Shown: positions 41,700-54,699 of the stretch, piece after piece
Numbering within the stretch: the first letter of the stretch is position 1
How the letters are laid out: every line of letters begins with the position of its first letter
Source of the DNA: Octopus vulgaris
Lineage: Eukaryota
Assembly (NCBI GenBank): GCA_951406725.2
Contig: OX597831.1
Coordinates: forward strand, 52,638,001-52,702,000
Length of the DNA: 64,000 nucleotides
Direction of reading: 5' to 3'
Program-made: the position numbers and the translations under genes
The notes under the pieces: generated by a model
The model's database searches: none
The model's input: only the letters and a program-made list of their open reading frames with translations
Told to the model about the DNA's origin: nothing

Positions 41700-42778
41700 A
41701 TAAGTTGACTCAAAAGTATTTTTGTATTTCAAGCTTTAATTAATAGTTCAAACAGATTACATATGAAAAGTGTTTATTCATCAAAATATATCCCATAATA
41801 TTCTATTGTCTGTTGCCACCATTATGCTAGAAGTTCAATTCCAAGCTTATTCCATTTAGCTGGTTTAGAAGCAAAAAACTCCCTGCAACCATTTCCAACC
41901 TCCACTACACTGTTGAAACTCCATCTGTGTAGGAAGTGATCCATGGCTTGGGAAAGGTGGTAATCTAATGGCACAAGGTTTGGGCTGTAGGCAGGATGAT
42001 ACAGCACTTCCACCCTTCAAGTTCATCAAGTTTGCACTTGGTCATATTGGCAGTGTATGCTTAGGCACTGTCATGTTGTAGGTGAGTGTCTTCAATTGTC
42101 CAATGCCAGATAGCAGGCTTTCAAAGCATCATATACTCACTGCAGTAGTTGAGCATAATGGCTAGCATTCACTACATGACCATCTGGAACAAGCTCAAAG
42201 CGCAACATTACCATCTGTTCAAATTGCCCTTGTTTAACAACTGGTTCTGAAGCCTGGCCAGAAAAAAAAGCCACTGATTTTTCTTATTAGGATAATGAAA
42301 TAGATCTGCTCAATAAGACTAAGCTTGTTGATGTATCAATTAATGGTACTTTGTGAAGGACCAAGTTCTGCTGACAATATACAAATGTTTGTGCTTGACT
42401 GTTATTCAACCATTTTGAGCATTTTCTACAAAAGAACATCTTGCCTTCCTTGAAATGTTTGAACTAGTTTTGTGCCACATGTTTGTTGACAATTCCTGGG
42501 CCTTCCATATTGCTGGTTTCTTTTACTACTAACTTTTCACTCAGTCTTTTTTTTTTTTCCAAAGGTAGCATAAAAAGCCTCTAATTGCAATTTTTTGACC
42601 ATTCATTATCAAGGAATAAACAATTGACATTTATATTTTATATGTTATATATAAAAATTAAGAATAAGCAATTCAACAAAGATTGGACAATAAGTTGTAT
42701 CAAATCAATGATATAACATGGAGATAAAAGTTGCCAAGTAACATCAGTGAAAATCCAAAAACTTTTGACTCAACCTAT
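41700..42778 (-). mobile_element. Mariner (Mos1/Hsmar-like) transposon, decayed, with both TIRs
   Basis: ORF fragment EVLYHPAYSPNLVPLDYHL...GIELL (compare HPPYSPDLAPSDYHLF). TIRs TAAGTTGACTCAAAAGT and ACTTTTGACTCAACCTA. Confidence 0.85.
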
Positions 42779-42779
42779 T

Positions 42780-42832
<53 letters not shown>

Positions 42833-43070
42833 CTTTGCTGGAAAGCATCTATCTTCTACATATCTTGTCATGCATCACTCACAAAACTAGATATATACAG
42901 GCTTTTTTCAGTTTCCATCTATCATATCCTCTCACAAGGATTTGGTCGACCCAAGGCTACAGTAGAAGACGCTTGTCCAAGATGCCATACAATGAGACTG
43001 AACCTGAAACCATATGGTTTGGAAGCAAGCTTCTTACCACATGCCTGTGCCTATGTGTATGTACATATAT

Positions 43071-43284
43071 GAGAGGGCATTGTAAAGTTCCTAGATTTAG
43101 GTAAAAGAAAATATAGGAGAATCAGTTAATTATGATTTTATCCAACATACCCCAGTCAGATTCATACATTCATTGCAGTGGTCCTTCAGTTTTTCTAAGC
43201 CTTGTAAAAGAACTCAGAAGATTAGGCCTCCAACCAGGCTTTTCACAATACTCTTAAAGCCAGGAACTGTTCAGCCCCACCCTC
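43071..43284. mobile_element. Mariner-derived MITE
   Basis: Imperfect TIRs GAGAGGGCATTGTAAAGTTCCTAGATTT and AAAGCCAGGAACTGTTCAGCCCCACCCTC. Confidence 0.65.
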
Positions 43285-43299
43285 ACATATATATCGTTG

Positions 43300-43565
43300 G
43301 CTCCAGCTCATATCCGAGCATTGGGTTCATCAGTTTCTGTTCAGTCTTCTCAGCAGATGTTTGTGTCGAATTTGACTTTGAAGTCCAGGTCGGTGGTGAA
43401 AGAGTCGTGGGCAGAATTTGTACAGGATGGTCGGTGTGGATTGAGGATGTTGAAGATGCTCCTTTCTTCTCCTGCATTTTACCTCCTCATTCTGTTGTCT
43501 GTTCTGCTCGAAGGAGCTGGCTCCATTGTGGATGACAGTCCTCCAGGCTGTCCTATCCATGGCAA
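43300..43565 (-). mobile_element. RTE/BovB-like LINE 3' end
   Basis: DRTAWRTVIHNGASSFEQNR...RRRKE...KFCPRLFHHRPGLQSQIRHKH: the RTE C-terminus with its terminal zinc finger. Confidence 0.75.
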
Positions 43566-43729
43566 TCTGTATATATATAATTTAAAACTAATATATAAAT
43601 GACTAAGAATCCTACAGATACCTAAACACTTCAGGTAACTTTCAAGTTGAATCAATAGTTACACTGTATATAGTGTAACTATAAAGTACACAAGAAGCCC
43701 AAATAGCTAGTGGGAGGTAGATGAACATG

Positions 43730-44045
43730 TGAAGGTGCATGGCTTAGTGGTTAGGGGCATTCGGCTCATGATCGTAAGGTCATGAGTTCAATTCCTGGCA
43801 GCACGTTGTGTCCCTGAGCAAGACACTTTATTTCATGTTGCTCCAGTCCACTCAGCTGGCAAAAATGAGTAGTATCTGTTTTTCAAAGAGCCAGCCTTGT
43901 CACACTGTGTCATGCTAAATTTCCCCGAGAACTACGTTAAGGGTACACATGTTCATGGAGTGCTCAGCCACTTGCACGTTAATTTCAAGAGCAAGCTGTT
44001 CTGTTGATCATATCAGCTGGGACCCTTGTCGTCGCAACCGACAGA
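43730..44045 (+). mobile_element. tRNA-derived SINE, third family, near full length
   Basis: GTGAAGGTGCATGGCTTAGTGGTTAG (A box)...GAGTTCAATTCC (B box)...GAGCAAGACAC core. Confidence 0.8.
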
Positions 44046-44374
44046 GTGCTCCTATTGCTCCTAGATAAACATAGGAACACTGTGAAATTAAGCTCAATTA
44101 TTCCATGATGAGTTTAATACATTGTAAAAGAAATACAGAATGGCAAGTTTATTAATCTGTATTCAACAAAAAGGGGGTAAATTTATTCATTTACTGTTGC
44201 TGTTCAATTTGATTCTTGTAATTTGTTTAATTTGAAGTAAATTGGATCTCAGAGGTACACAAAAATCTAGTGCACCCATTCTGCACCATCAAAGAGTCTC
44301 CAGATCTCATTTCCCTACCACCCTTCCCCCAATATCCATCTCTCCTTGGTACATATTGTATATATTACATCCTT

Positions 44375-44725
44375 AGGCATGGCTGTGTGGTAAGAAGCTT
44401 GCTTCCCAATCACCTGGTTCCAGGTTCAGTCTCACTCTGTAGCACCTTGAACAAGTGTCTTCTACTATTGCCACGGGCCAACCAAAACCTTGTGAGTGGA
44501 TTTGGTAGACGGAAACTGAAAGAATCTGTTTGTACCCCCATACAGCTTGACAACCAGTGTTGGTGTGTTTATATCTCTGTAATGTAGCAGTTTGACAAAA
44601 GAGGCCGATAGAATAAGTATCAGTCTTAAAACAAAAATAAGTCCTAGTGTTGATTTGTTTGACTAAAACCCTTCAAGGCAGTGCTCCAGCATGGCCTCAG
44701 TCATCTGACTGGAACAAGTAAAAGA
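44375..44725 (+). mobile_element. CORE-type SINE (OR-like)
   Basis: Colinear with the reverse complement of 420-826. Confidence 0.8.
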
Positions 44726-45134
44726 ATAACTCTTTGCAATACCAATTACTACTTTCCCCCAAGTTCCATCCCTCATTCTCATTATCATATCTACTTATGT
44801 GCCTCCAGTTATCTCCCCACCCTTCTTGGCCATATTTCATCTTAACATCTCTCATATCTGCTGTCATTACCCTATCATATTTACCACCACACCCACTTTT
44901 ATGTGCCTCTACATCTCCCTCCCCCACTGACCCTGTATTGAAATATACCAAGATCCAAAACATTTCAATTCACCTTAAAAACACAATCATTCATAGAAGT
45001 TGAATGCTTTAGAGTTTTATAGGAATAAAGCATTTAGCAAAGGAGATCCTTAAAAATATGGAACCTGTTGCATATACTACTTTTATACTTTTGCTTCTAG
45101 GTTGATCTGGCCCTGCATATACATATATATATAT

Positions 45135-45423
45135 CACCGTGATCACTGTGACCGACCAGGCTATCAGATGTTGCTACACATTGCTGGTCACAATGCGCTT
45201 CGCATTGTTTTAGCCTTCAAATGACGCCACCCCACTGGCTAAGCGAGCAGGCCAACAGAAGAAAGAGTGAGAGAAAGTTGTGACGAAAGAGTACAGCAGG
45301 GATCACCACCACCCCCTGCCAGAGCATCGTGGAGCTTTAGGTGTTTTCGCTCAATAAACACTTGAAACCGCGATCCTACAACCGCGAGTCCGCTGCCCTA
45401 ACCACTGGGCCATTGCGCCTCCA
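45135..45423 (-). mobile_element. tRNA-derived SINE (GGAGGCGCAATGGCCCAGTGGTTAGG head)
   Basis: Shares its head and body with 59310-59610. Confidence 0.75.
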
Positions 45424-45791
45424 CACACACACATATAAATATATATATATATATATAAAGAGAGAGAGAGAGAGTAAGAGAGACAGCCAATTATGCAGAT
45501 AAACAAATTAGATATATTAAATATAACAGTTTGGATATGAAATACAAAATACGTATATATGTATACATGGAAAACAAGAGAAAGCAAAAAGTGGAGACTA
45601 TTAGATGATGAATATCTAAGTATAAATATATAAATATTTATATTAATAGATCCAACTTACACAGATGAAGTATATCTACCAACATTATGATGGATCTCCA
45701 AGCTCCCAGAAACAGCTTTTATGCTGGAGGTAAATATACAGGCCTGGTTTGCTCAGTGATGATAAAGAGCAGAACAAAAATTGATGAAAAG

Positions 45792-46480
45792 TTATAGCGC
45801 TTTCCAGGAAGGAAAGAAGAGTTGTCTTTCATAGGACAATGTCAGTTGTGACCAAAGAGTGCCAGCTGTGTATGTACATTCTTCATCCTCTAGTTCATAA
45901 AAGGAGATAACCAGGTTACCAAAAGTGAATTTCCTTTCATGAGGGTAACAATGAAATATCTCAATCTTTGAGTTCAGGAAGGTACCTGGATAGTATGAAT
46001 ATTTTAGAATGAGTCTCCTCTCATTCAAGCAAAGCTTGCTACATCCACTTCCATTCAGATATGGCCCAAGCACTTCCAGCAATTTCCAATTAATCTTGTT
46101 GCACCTCTCTTGGATTCTAAAAGAGGATGTGTGATTATTTAACTTGGCCTGAAAGGAACCCTTTGTTGCCCTGACACATTTCTGTGTATATATCCTTCTA
46201 ATGTTATTGTTGTACAGCACCACCTCTGTTTCATTGACTATGGCCTCTATATTACATTAACCATTCACTAGACACTCACTGTTAACCCTACATGGGTACA
46301 CTACCTTTACACAGAGCGTTGGGGTGTTCACTAATACTATTTTAATACTAGACACACAGCTGAACAAGACCTTTGAGTCACACCTGTTGAGTAATTTCCT
46401 ATAACTGTGATCCAGTGTAAAATGCTTCTCCACTAATCTAAGGAAGGATCTTCCCATGCAAGTTTTCACTTTGAGTAAGA
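45792..46480 (-). mobile_element. Penelope-like element, GIY-YIG region remnant
   Basis: GRSFLRLVEKHF..H.YRKLLNR...KV.FSC; CRVNSECLVNG.C; NHTSSFR; INWKLL...PY.NGS..C.LCLNERRLIL...LNSK.EI...C.HERKF. Confidence 0.85.
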
Positions 46481-46632
46481 AATGTGAGGCAAACCAAAGG
46501 ATTTTACAGCAGCAGCAGCAGCAGTAGTAGCAGTAGCAGTAGTAGTAGTAGTAGGAGGAGGAGGAGGAGGAGGAGTAGTAGTAGCAGCAGCAGCAGTAGT
46601 TGCAAGGCAGTGAGTTGGCAAAACATTAGCAC

Positions 46633-46958
46633 ATCAGATAAAATTGCTGCAGCTCGGCTGGGATGTTTTATCGTGAATATGGAGGGTGGGGTAAAACATC
46701 CCAGCCAAGCTGCAGCAATTTTTGTCTGGTTCCCAAAGCATTAAGTGCTGAAAATGAACTTTCATATCTTCCATTTTAATGGGTTACAGAATTAACACAG
46801 GTTATAGGAACATAAACCTTCTTCGATGAAAAGATAGCTTAAACTGTGCTCTAAAAGGAGGTGTAGTCAAATCCTATTTTATGGACTCAGCCATGTTCTA
46901 AAATAAGTCGAAAGGTAAGCTACTATAAATCGGCATGAACTTTCTGGACAACCCAATA
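46633..46958 (-). mobile_element. Internally deleted mariner element with an inverted duplication
   Basis: TIR TATTGGGTTGTCCAGAAAGTTCATGCCGATTT on the minus strand. The fragment KLLQLGWDVLPHPPYS is duplicated in inverted orientation. Confidence 0.7.
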
Positions 46959-47684
46959 TTTAACAACACAAGCAATGAAAGCAACAGTGACTACAAAAGC
47001 ATTAGCAACAAAAAGAACAGCAGTAACAGAAAGAACAGCAGGAAAACAGTGAGATGATATGCAGGGTGGGAGAGTGAAGGGAGCAACAGAGAGATGTACA
47101 GTGATAGAGAGGGATGGCACAGGTGTGCAATGGTGGCTATGGTAAGTGGAGAACAAAGGCAGAGGAAGCCATTGACAGCAGATATGAGTGGTGATGAAAA
47201 TGAGAGCAAAGAACAAAATGGTGTTGAAGATGAAGAATAGATAATAAAAGGAAGTGGTTCCAGGATGAGAAGGTGACTAGCAGCACAAAAGAGGATGCAG
47301 GTCCAGCTCCCGTATGATTATAGCAGCTGAATCATGCCATAATTAGAAGAGTAAGAGGTTGGGTGTCAGGAAAGTGAGAAGTGAGGAAGGCTCAGCAGGG
47401 AGATTAGGTGCAGGGGCAGAACTCTGTGATTGAATAGACATAAATGTAATACCTTTCGAATTTTACTTTCATCCACAGGGACAGTTCTTGAGCACAGTGA
47501 ATTGCCAATCATCTTAGTCTTTTGTCATTTTTTACATTAAGCTCACTATCTTGAGATCAACCTTCACTACTTTGTCCAATGTCCTCCTGGGTCTCCTTCT
47601 TCCACAGGTTTTATCTACATTTAGTAATCAGCACTTCTTTACACAGCCGTTCTCATGCATACACATCGCATGACCATATAGTCT

Positions 47685-48078
47685 TTTACTCTTTTACTTG
47701 TTTCAGGCATGTGACTGTGGCCATGCTGGAGCACCACCTTTAGTCGAGCAAATCGACTCCAGGACTTATTCTTTGGAAGCCTAGTACTTATTCTATAGGT
47801 CTCTTTTGCCAAACCGCTAAGTTACGGGGACGTAAACACACCATCATCGGTTGTCAAGCGATGTTGCGGGGACATACACAAACACACACATACATATATA
47901 TATACATATATACGACAGGCTTCTTTCAGTTTCCGTCTACCAAATCCACTCACAAGGCTTTGGTCAGCCTGAGGCTATAGTAGAAGACACTTGCCCAAGG
48001 TGCCGCACAGTGAGACTGAACTCAGAACCATGTGATTGGTAAGCAAGCTACTTACCACACAGCCACTCCCACACCTAT
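47685..48078 (-). mobile_element. Young CORE-type SINE (OR-like), full length
   Basis: Highly similar to 420-826. Confidence 0.85.
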
Positions 48079-49693
48079 ACATGCAGATATGTAAAGTAAT
48101 ACAGTCCTAGTAGTTTTGTCACTTACCTTCCACCAGCTGTGTTAATGTTTCTCCATTCTGTGCAGCCCAGCTGATTAGACTAAAAAACTAACATGCATGG
48201 GAAAAGATAACAAACTCGCTCTGCAGTTGCTATGAAGCTGTTGCATTCTGATCACAAAAACATACAAAGAATCCAGCAGATTGTGTATTTATTATTTATT
48301 CATTATCATATAATTAAGCTCTTATGAGCCAGTACACAAAAAAGAAATAAAACTGCCAAGGATCTTCCTTGTGAATGTAGTGTAAAGTCCTATTTTTAAA
48401 AATATAACCTGTAAAAAATATAACCTCATAAAGGTTGCATTAGAATAAACTGGATCACTAAAAGATATCTACTTCTTTATTTAATTTTGTATCACATTTT
48501 GTTTACATTAGCCTCATGGGTTACTGATTTCCAATGGAGACAGCTGATTGGTTCAATGGATTCATGATGGTGATAATAGATCCTATGTGCAACTGAAGCA
48601 GACAAATATCCCATCATCTCAATGATGCTATCCTCTTTCTCCAAAAAATTCATAAATGTACATATGTGTGTGTATATGTCTTTATATATATATATATATA
48701 CATACACACACACACACACATACATACATTTATGTACATGTGCGTGTATAAGCATGCATATGTGTAAAATGATTATCTGATTCTTAACATTCATTCAAAA
48801 ACCACTCGGTAAATTAAATTATGGAGTTAGATCAATCATTCAGTCGATATATATATATACGTATCACATTTTCTTTCCCAACCACCATTTCTCGTTCATT
48901 CTATTTTATTTCATTTTTTTCTTTTCTTTCTTCCAATGCACGACTGGCATCTGAAACATCAAGACCTTTCTACTTCTCTTTAAGCATTAAACTAACATAA
49001 CATTTCCTATAACTTGTCTCTCTCTCATGCTGTCTTCTTTTGTGCTCATTGCCTTTTAAGACACATATGTGTGTGTATGTATGTATGTATATATATATAT
49101 CATCATCATCATCATCAACATTTGTATTTCAACATCCACATTTTTAGACTTGCAAACAGCAGATGGGGTTTGTTGAGGCAAATATTTTTATATGAAGATA
49201 CTCTTCTTGTTACCAACCTCAATTGTGTCCATGTAAGGTAATATTTTCCCTAGTCCTTTGAAAACAAACAGCTCAATGGTCAACAAGCTTTCACAGAGGA
49301 TTGTAAATAAATTATGATATTTGTATGATGGTGACCTTGTTTCCAGTTAACACACATATATTAGGACAAGAGGAATATACAAACATATGCACACTCACTC
49401 ACAACATACACACAACACACATGCACACACGCACACACACACATACACACACACACAAATACACACTCTCAGATACATGCGCACACACACACACACACAC
49501 ACACACAGTTATATATATCATCATGCTGGCATGGGTTGGACAGTTTGACAGGAGCTGACAAACCAGAGAACTGCACCAAGCCTTTCTGTCTGCTTTGATA
49601 TGGTTTATACAGCTTGATGCCCTACTTAATGCATATATATATATATATATAATCAATATAGAACACACATATGGAGATACAAAGTTATAAATT

Positions 49694-49724
<31 letters not shown>

Positions 49725-50464
49725 ACTATATATATTCTATAGGGAGTGAAGGGCTTAAGTAAGTAACATTCCCTAAAGAGACCGAGGAATATGTAGAGAC
49801 AATATAGAGCCAAGAGGATCATTTAGTTTTGTCTTGTTGAGGACATGACAAATTCTCTAGTATTGGAGCCAAGATAAAATACACCTAGTGTACTGATTTT
49901 ATACAAGCCTTTCCAAAACTTTTGTTTCAGAAACACTTGTCTAAATTTTATTAGAAGGCAATCCATAAAATTCAAGAAGTAAATTTCATGGATCACCAAA
50001 TATGAATTTTAGTTGCATAATACAACACAGTTGAACATAAAACTCACAGTGAACCACCAAGAACTATAAGTGGCCCACTTAGAAAACATTGTGAATTACT
50101 AGTAAAATTACCTTCTTGAGTTATGCCAACTCATAAGGGCTGGTTTCCCAGTTTCATGGCAAATAAATTCCCCGCCTGGATGGAACCCTGGTCTGTCACA
50201 GGAATATTCATTTTTTCCAGCTGAGTGGACTGGAGCAGTGTGAAATGAAGTGTTTTGCTCAAGAACACAATGCATTACCCGGTCCAGGAATTGAAACCAC
50301 AATCTTATGATCATGAATCCAACACCCTAATCACTAAGCCACACACCACTATTGTGCATTATTGGCCTAAACTATATTTTTTTTATTGCTTACTAAAGAG
50401 GACTGAGTAGCATTAATGGTCATTACAGCCACTTCAAGACTGATTTTTTTTTCCTGACACAACT

Positions 50465-50670
50465 CTTTACTCTTTTACTTGTTTCAGTCATTTGACTGTG
50501 GCCATGCTAGAGCACCACATTTAGTCGAGCAAATCGACCCCAGGACTTATTCTTTGTAAGCCTAGTACTTATTCTATCGGTCCCTTTTGCTGAACCGCTA
50601 AGTTATGGGAACATGAACACACCAGCATTGGTTGTCAAGCAATGTTGGGGGGACAAACACAGACACACAA

Positions 50671-50755
<85 letters not shown>

Positions 50756-50928
50756 CATATATACGATGGGCTTCTTTCAGTTTCCATCTACCAAATCCAC
50801 TCATAAGGCTTTGGTTGGCCCGAGGCTATAGCAGAAGACACTTGCCCAAGGTGCCATGCAGTGAGACTGAACCCAGAACCATGTGGTTGGTAAGCAAGCT
50901 ACTTACCACACAGCCAATCCTACGCCTA
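50465..50928 (-). mobile_element. Young CORE-type SINE (OR-like), full length
   Basis: Highly similar to 420-826. Confidence 0.85.
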
Positions 50929-51884
50929 AAGATTTTCATGCAAGACCTCTGAGACTGATGGCAGAAATGGAGAAAGAATTCAATGTTTTGACCAGAATAT
51001 TTGCAACAGAGAGTATTCTGCTAAAGATGTCCAAGGTCCAGATAGGGATTTTAAAGTGAGTGACAAAGTAAGACTACCAGCCAAGAGCAGGTACAATCCA
51101 TCCAAAACACTTCTCAGTTTCCTCCTTAACATCATTTGGTACTTATTTGCTGATATTTTAGTTCATCAGCCATGGCTTTACAGATATGATTAATTTGAAG
51201 GTTAACAATGAAGAAGAATGGGAATCATCATCATCATTTTAACATCTACTTTTCTATGCTTGCTCAGGGCAGAACGCTATCTGTTGAAGCATATTTTCAA
51301 TGTTTGGTTGCCCTTCCTGTTGTCAATCTTCACCTATTTCCAAGTAAGGTAATATTTCCCCATAGCCAGACATGTTTTCCATGAAAGACCAGAAATGGAT
51401 AACATCACTTTTATAATGGTGATGTTTGTTCACATTCACCACATGATGTCAAGACAAGGGAACACACAAATACACACACATGCATGTGTGTGTGTGACAG
51501 GCTTCTTTCAGTTTCTATCTACCAAATCCACTCCATGTGGTTGGTAAACAAGCTACTTACCACACAGCCACTCCTGCACCTATGATGCTTTTAGCAGAGT
51601 CTACTCATTGCAAGTATTTGGCCCAGGCTCCCAGTTTGAGGATACATTACTCCTTCCTTCCCATCAGTATCAGAAGCCCTGTAACAGGTCACAGGCATAC
51701 TATCCCTCCTGACTACAAAGATATAAAAAATTCATGGGATCATAGATCAACTATGAATTTATTGATCAACAGTGGTTTCACTGATCATTTGTGCTGATCA
51801 ATTCACCAATTGTCAGTTATAGGTTTATTAATCAATGAGTAGTCACAATGAAGAAGAATGATAATTTACTAAATCATCATCATT

Positions 51885-52500
51885 CATCATCGTTTAACGT
51901 CTGCTTTCCATGCTAGCATGGGTTGGACGATTTGACGGAGGACTGGCGAACCAAATGGCTGCACCAGGCTCCAATCTGATCTGGCAGAGTTTCTACAGCT
52001 GGATGCCCTTCCTAATGCCAACCACTCCAAGAGTGTAGTGGGTGCTTTCACGTGCCACCGGCATGGGGGACTGTCAGGCAGTACTGGCAATGGCCATGCT
52101 TAAATGTTGTTTTTTATGTGCCACCTGCACAGGAGCCTGTCCAGCAGCACTGGCAACGACCTCGCTCGGATGTGTTTTTACGTGCTACCAGCACAAGTGC
52201 CAGTAAGGCAACGCTGGTAACGATCACGCTCAAATGGTGCTTTTTACGTGCCACTGGCACAGAAGCCAGTCAGCTGCTCTGGCAATGATCACACTTGAAT
52301 GGTGCTCTTAGCGCTCCACTAGCACAGATGCCAGTCATCAAATTTGATTTTGATTTCACTTGCCTCAACAGGTCTTCACAAGCAGAGTTTAGTGTCCAAT
52401 GAAGGAAAGGGATGCATAAGTGGGCTGGTTACACCCCTGGCATAGGCCATGAGGTTATGGTCTCACTTGGCTTGCTGGGTCTTCTCAAGCACAACATATT
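51885..52500 (-). mobile_element. Non-autonomous retroelement with RTE-type 3' tail and internal ~60-bp tandem units
   Basis: CATCATCGTTTAACGTC...CATGCTAGCATGGGTTGG tail and repeated TTTTACGTGCCACCGGCAC units. Homologues lie at 61505-61860 and 56900-57120. Confidence 0.75.
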
Positions 52501-53039
52501 TCTGTCTATTTTAATACAGAGAGTATGGATAGATAAACTGATAGAGCAATGGTGAAACTAGTTAATATGTTAAAGCTTCATGTCATGTCACTGACCACTA
52601 CTTTGAGTCTGAGATTAAAGTGATAAGCTGACAAATGATACATTCCAAATAACAATAAATTAGCTAAAAAGCAAACGAGAACAACCCACTGTGCTATAAA
52701 CAATTGTAGTACTATTGTAGTTGTTCTTGTTGTTTAATCCCTTGTTTGATAATGTCTGATCAAGGAAACCTATGATCAAAGGCTTTTCAGCCATGATGAT
52801 ACCATCTCATTTTCAAACTGTGTATTCAGGTCTACATTATCCTACATTATACATATATACATATATATACAACGGGCTTCTTTCAGTTTCCGTTTACCAA
52901 ATCCACTCACAAGGCTTTGGTCGGCCCGAGGCTATAGTAGAAGACACTTGTCCAAGGTGCTATGCATTGGGACTGAACTCGGAACCATGTGGTTGGTAAG
53001 CAAGCTACTTACCACACAGCCACTCCTACACCTTGTGTA

Positions 53040-53480
53040 AAATTGCTCTATAATAAACATTAATTCAAAGGCTTTAGTAGTGTCTACATCACACAATAGG
53101 ACTCACTTTCATGCAAAATAGTCCCATGTATATCATTGCTCTCAAGTACGCATTAATTCACAGGCTTTAGTAGTGATTGCATCACACAACTGGACTCACC
53201 TAGGTATAAAATAGTCCCATCTATATCAGTGCTGTATAATATACATCAATATGAAGCTTCTACTGGTTACCACATAACACAATAGGACTCACATTTGTAC
53301 AAAATTGTTCCATATGTACCACTGCTCTAAATATACACAACAATTTAAAATGGTGACCTCTATCACTCATAATATGTACTAGGACTCATCATAGAACAAA
53401 ATAGTTCCAAGTGTATCACTGCTCTGCAACACAGATTAATACAAAGTTTTAGAATAAAATGATTCATTACTCTATGATAC
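53040..53480 (+). repeat. Minisatellite, about 5 diverged ~92-bp units
   Basis: Recurring ..CA.TGCTCT...ATTAATTCA.AGGCTTTAGTAGTG....CATCACACAATAGGACTCAC.......AAAATAGTCCCAT.TAT. Confidence 0.8.
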
Positions 53481-53559
53481 ACATTTAGCTTAAAACTGAG
53501 TCAGACTATCTTATTTCCCCGTTTTCCAAATGGACACTATATGGTTATTTTGCTACTCA

Positions 53560-54165
53560 CTAGAAAAAAAATGGGAGTTTTCAGAAACAATAGCAAAACT
53601 TAACATTCTTCAGATAATTCTTGTCCTTTGGCATCAAAATTCTAATTCTTTATTCTCTCAAGGAAAAGATTATTATCATTTATATGCATCCTTATTCTAT
53701 TGTTTTATTGGCGTTTATAATAGTTTATCAAAAATCTTATAAGATGTTGGATCTTTTACCTTTTGACCTACAGATTTAAAAAATAATTTTTTGTAACTAA
53801 ACACTTTCAAACTTCGGACACTGGTAGAATGTGTCATATAAACATGTTTTACTCTTAGCATTTTTGAGAAAAACTTATATTTATGAAGATATTTCACCTT
53901 AAAGTTCTCGTATTTCAGTAATTTCAACCAATCAATAACATGTATTCAGCTGAATAAAATTACTGCTGTTGTTTGTCAACAAAAACTATCGGCGGTGTAT
54001 TTTCCGTTTTGTCACTGTTATTTATGACATCATTAGTGCATTTGCACTGGTTTTAAGGTGTTAGGGTTAGGGTTTTAGGGTTAGGGTCATTGATTGGAAT
54101 TTGAATAAACGTGCAGACACAGACATACATACATACATACATACATACATACATACATACATACA
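53560..54165 (-). mobile_element. Helitron-like non-autonomous element containing short (TTAGGG) repeats
   Basis: CTAG|T at the left end, TTAGGG x4 at 54061-54087 and (CATA)n at the right end. Confidence 0.45.
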
Positions 54166-54699
54166 TCATTGTCATCATCACCACTATCACCATCATCATC
54201 ATCATTAACATTATAGTCCCCATTGTCATAACCATCACCACTATAACGACCATTATCATCACCACCACCATTATCATCACTACCACCACCATCAAACCAG
54301 CATCATTGCCATCCCCATCATCATAACAATGATCATCATCACCATCATCATCGCTACCACCACCATGACCAATATCACTACCACAAACATCATCACCACC
54401 ATAACCATTATCACCGCAATCATCGTCATCATCCTCATTGTCCTCTATATCATCATCATCATCATCATCAGTCTTATGTCCATTTTATTCCCTCCATGCT
54501 GGCATGGGTTAGATGGAACTTCTTGCAGTGGATGCCCTTTTGTTGACAACCCTTATTTGTTTCTCTATTACTTTCTCCACTATCTTCACATGTCGAAACT
54601 GATGAAACCCCCACACACTATAAGATGTATTATTTACAGGAGACATGTAAGCAACATCACCGTTTTTGCTTAAATGTGGTCACTGTGAAGGCCACTGAT

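Noticed and set aside
51885-53480. CRISPR-like repeat-spacer pattern
   Set aside because: The context is eukaryotic and the units are homologous along their whole length, with no unique spacers.
54061-54087. (TTAGGG) repeats
   Set aside because: Only about four units inside a transposon-like element, not a telomere or fusion site.
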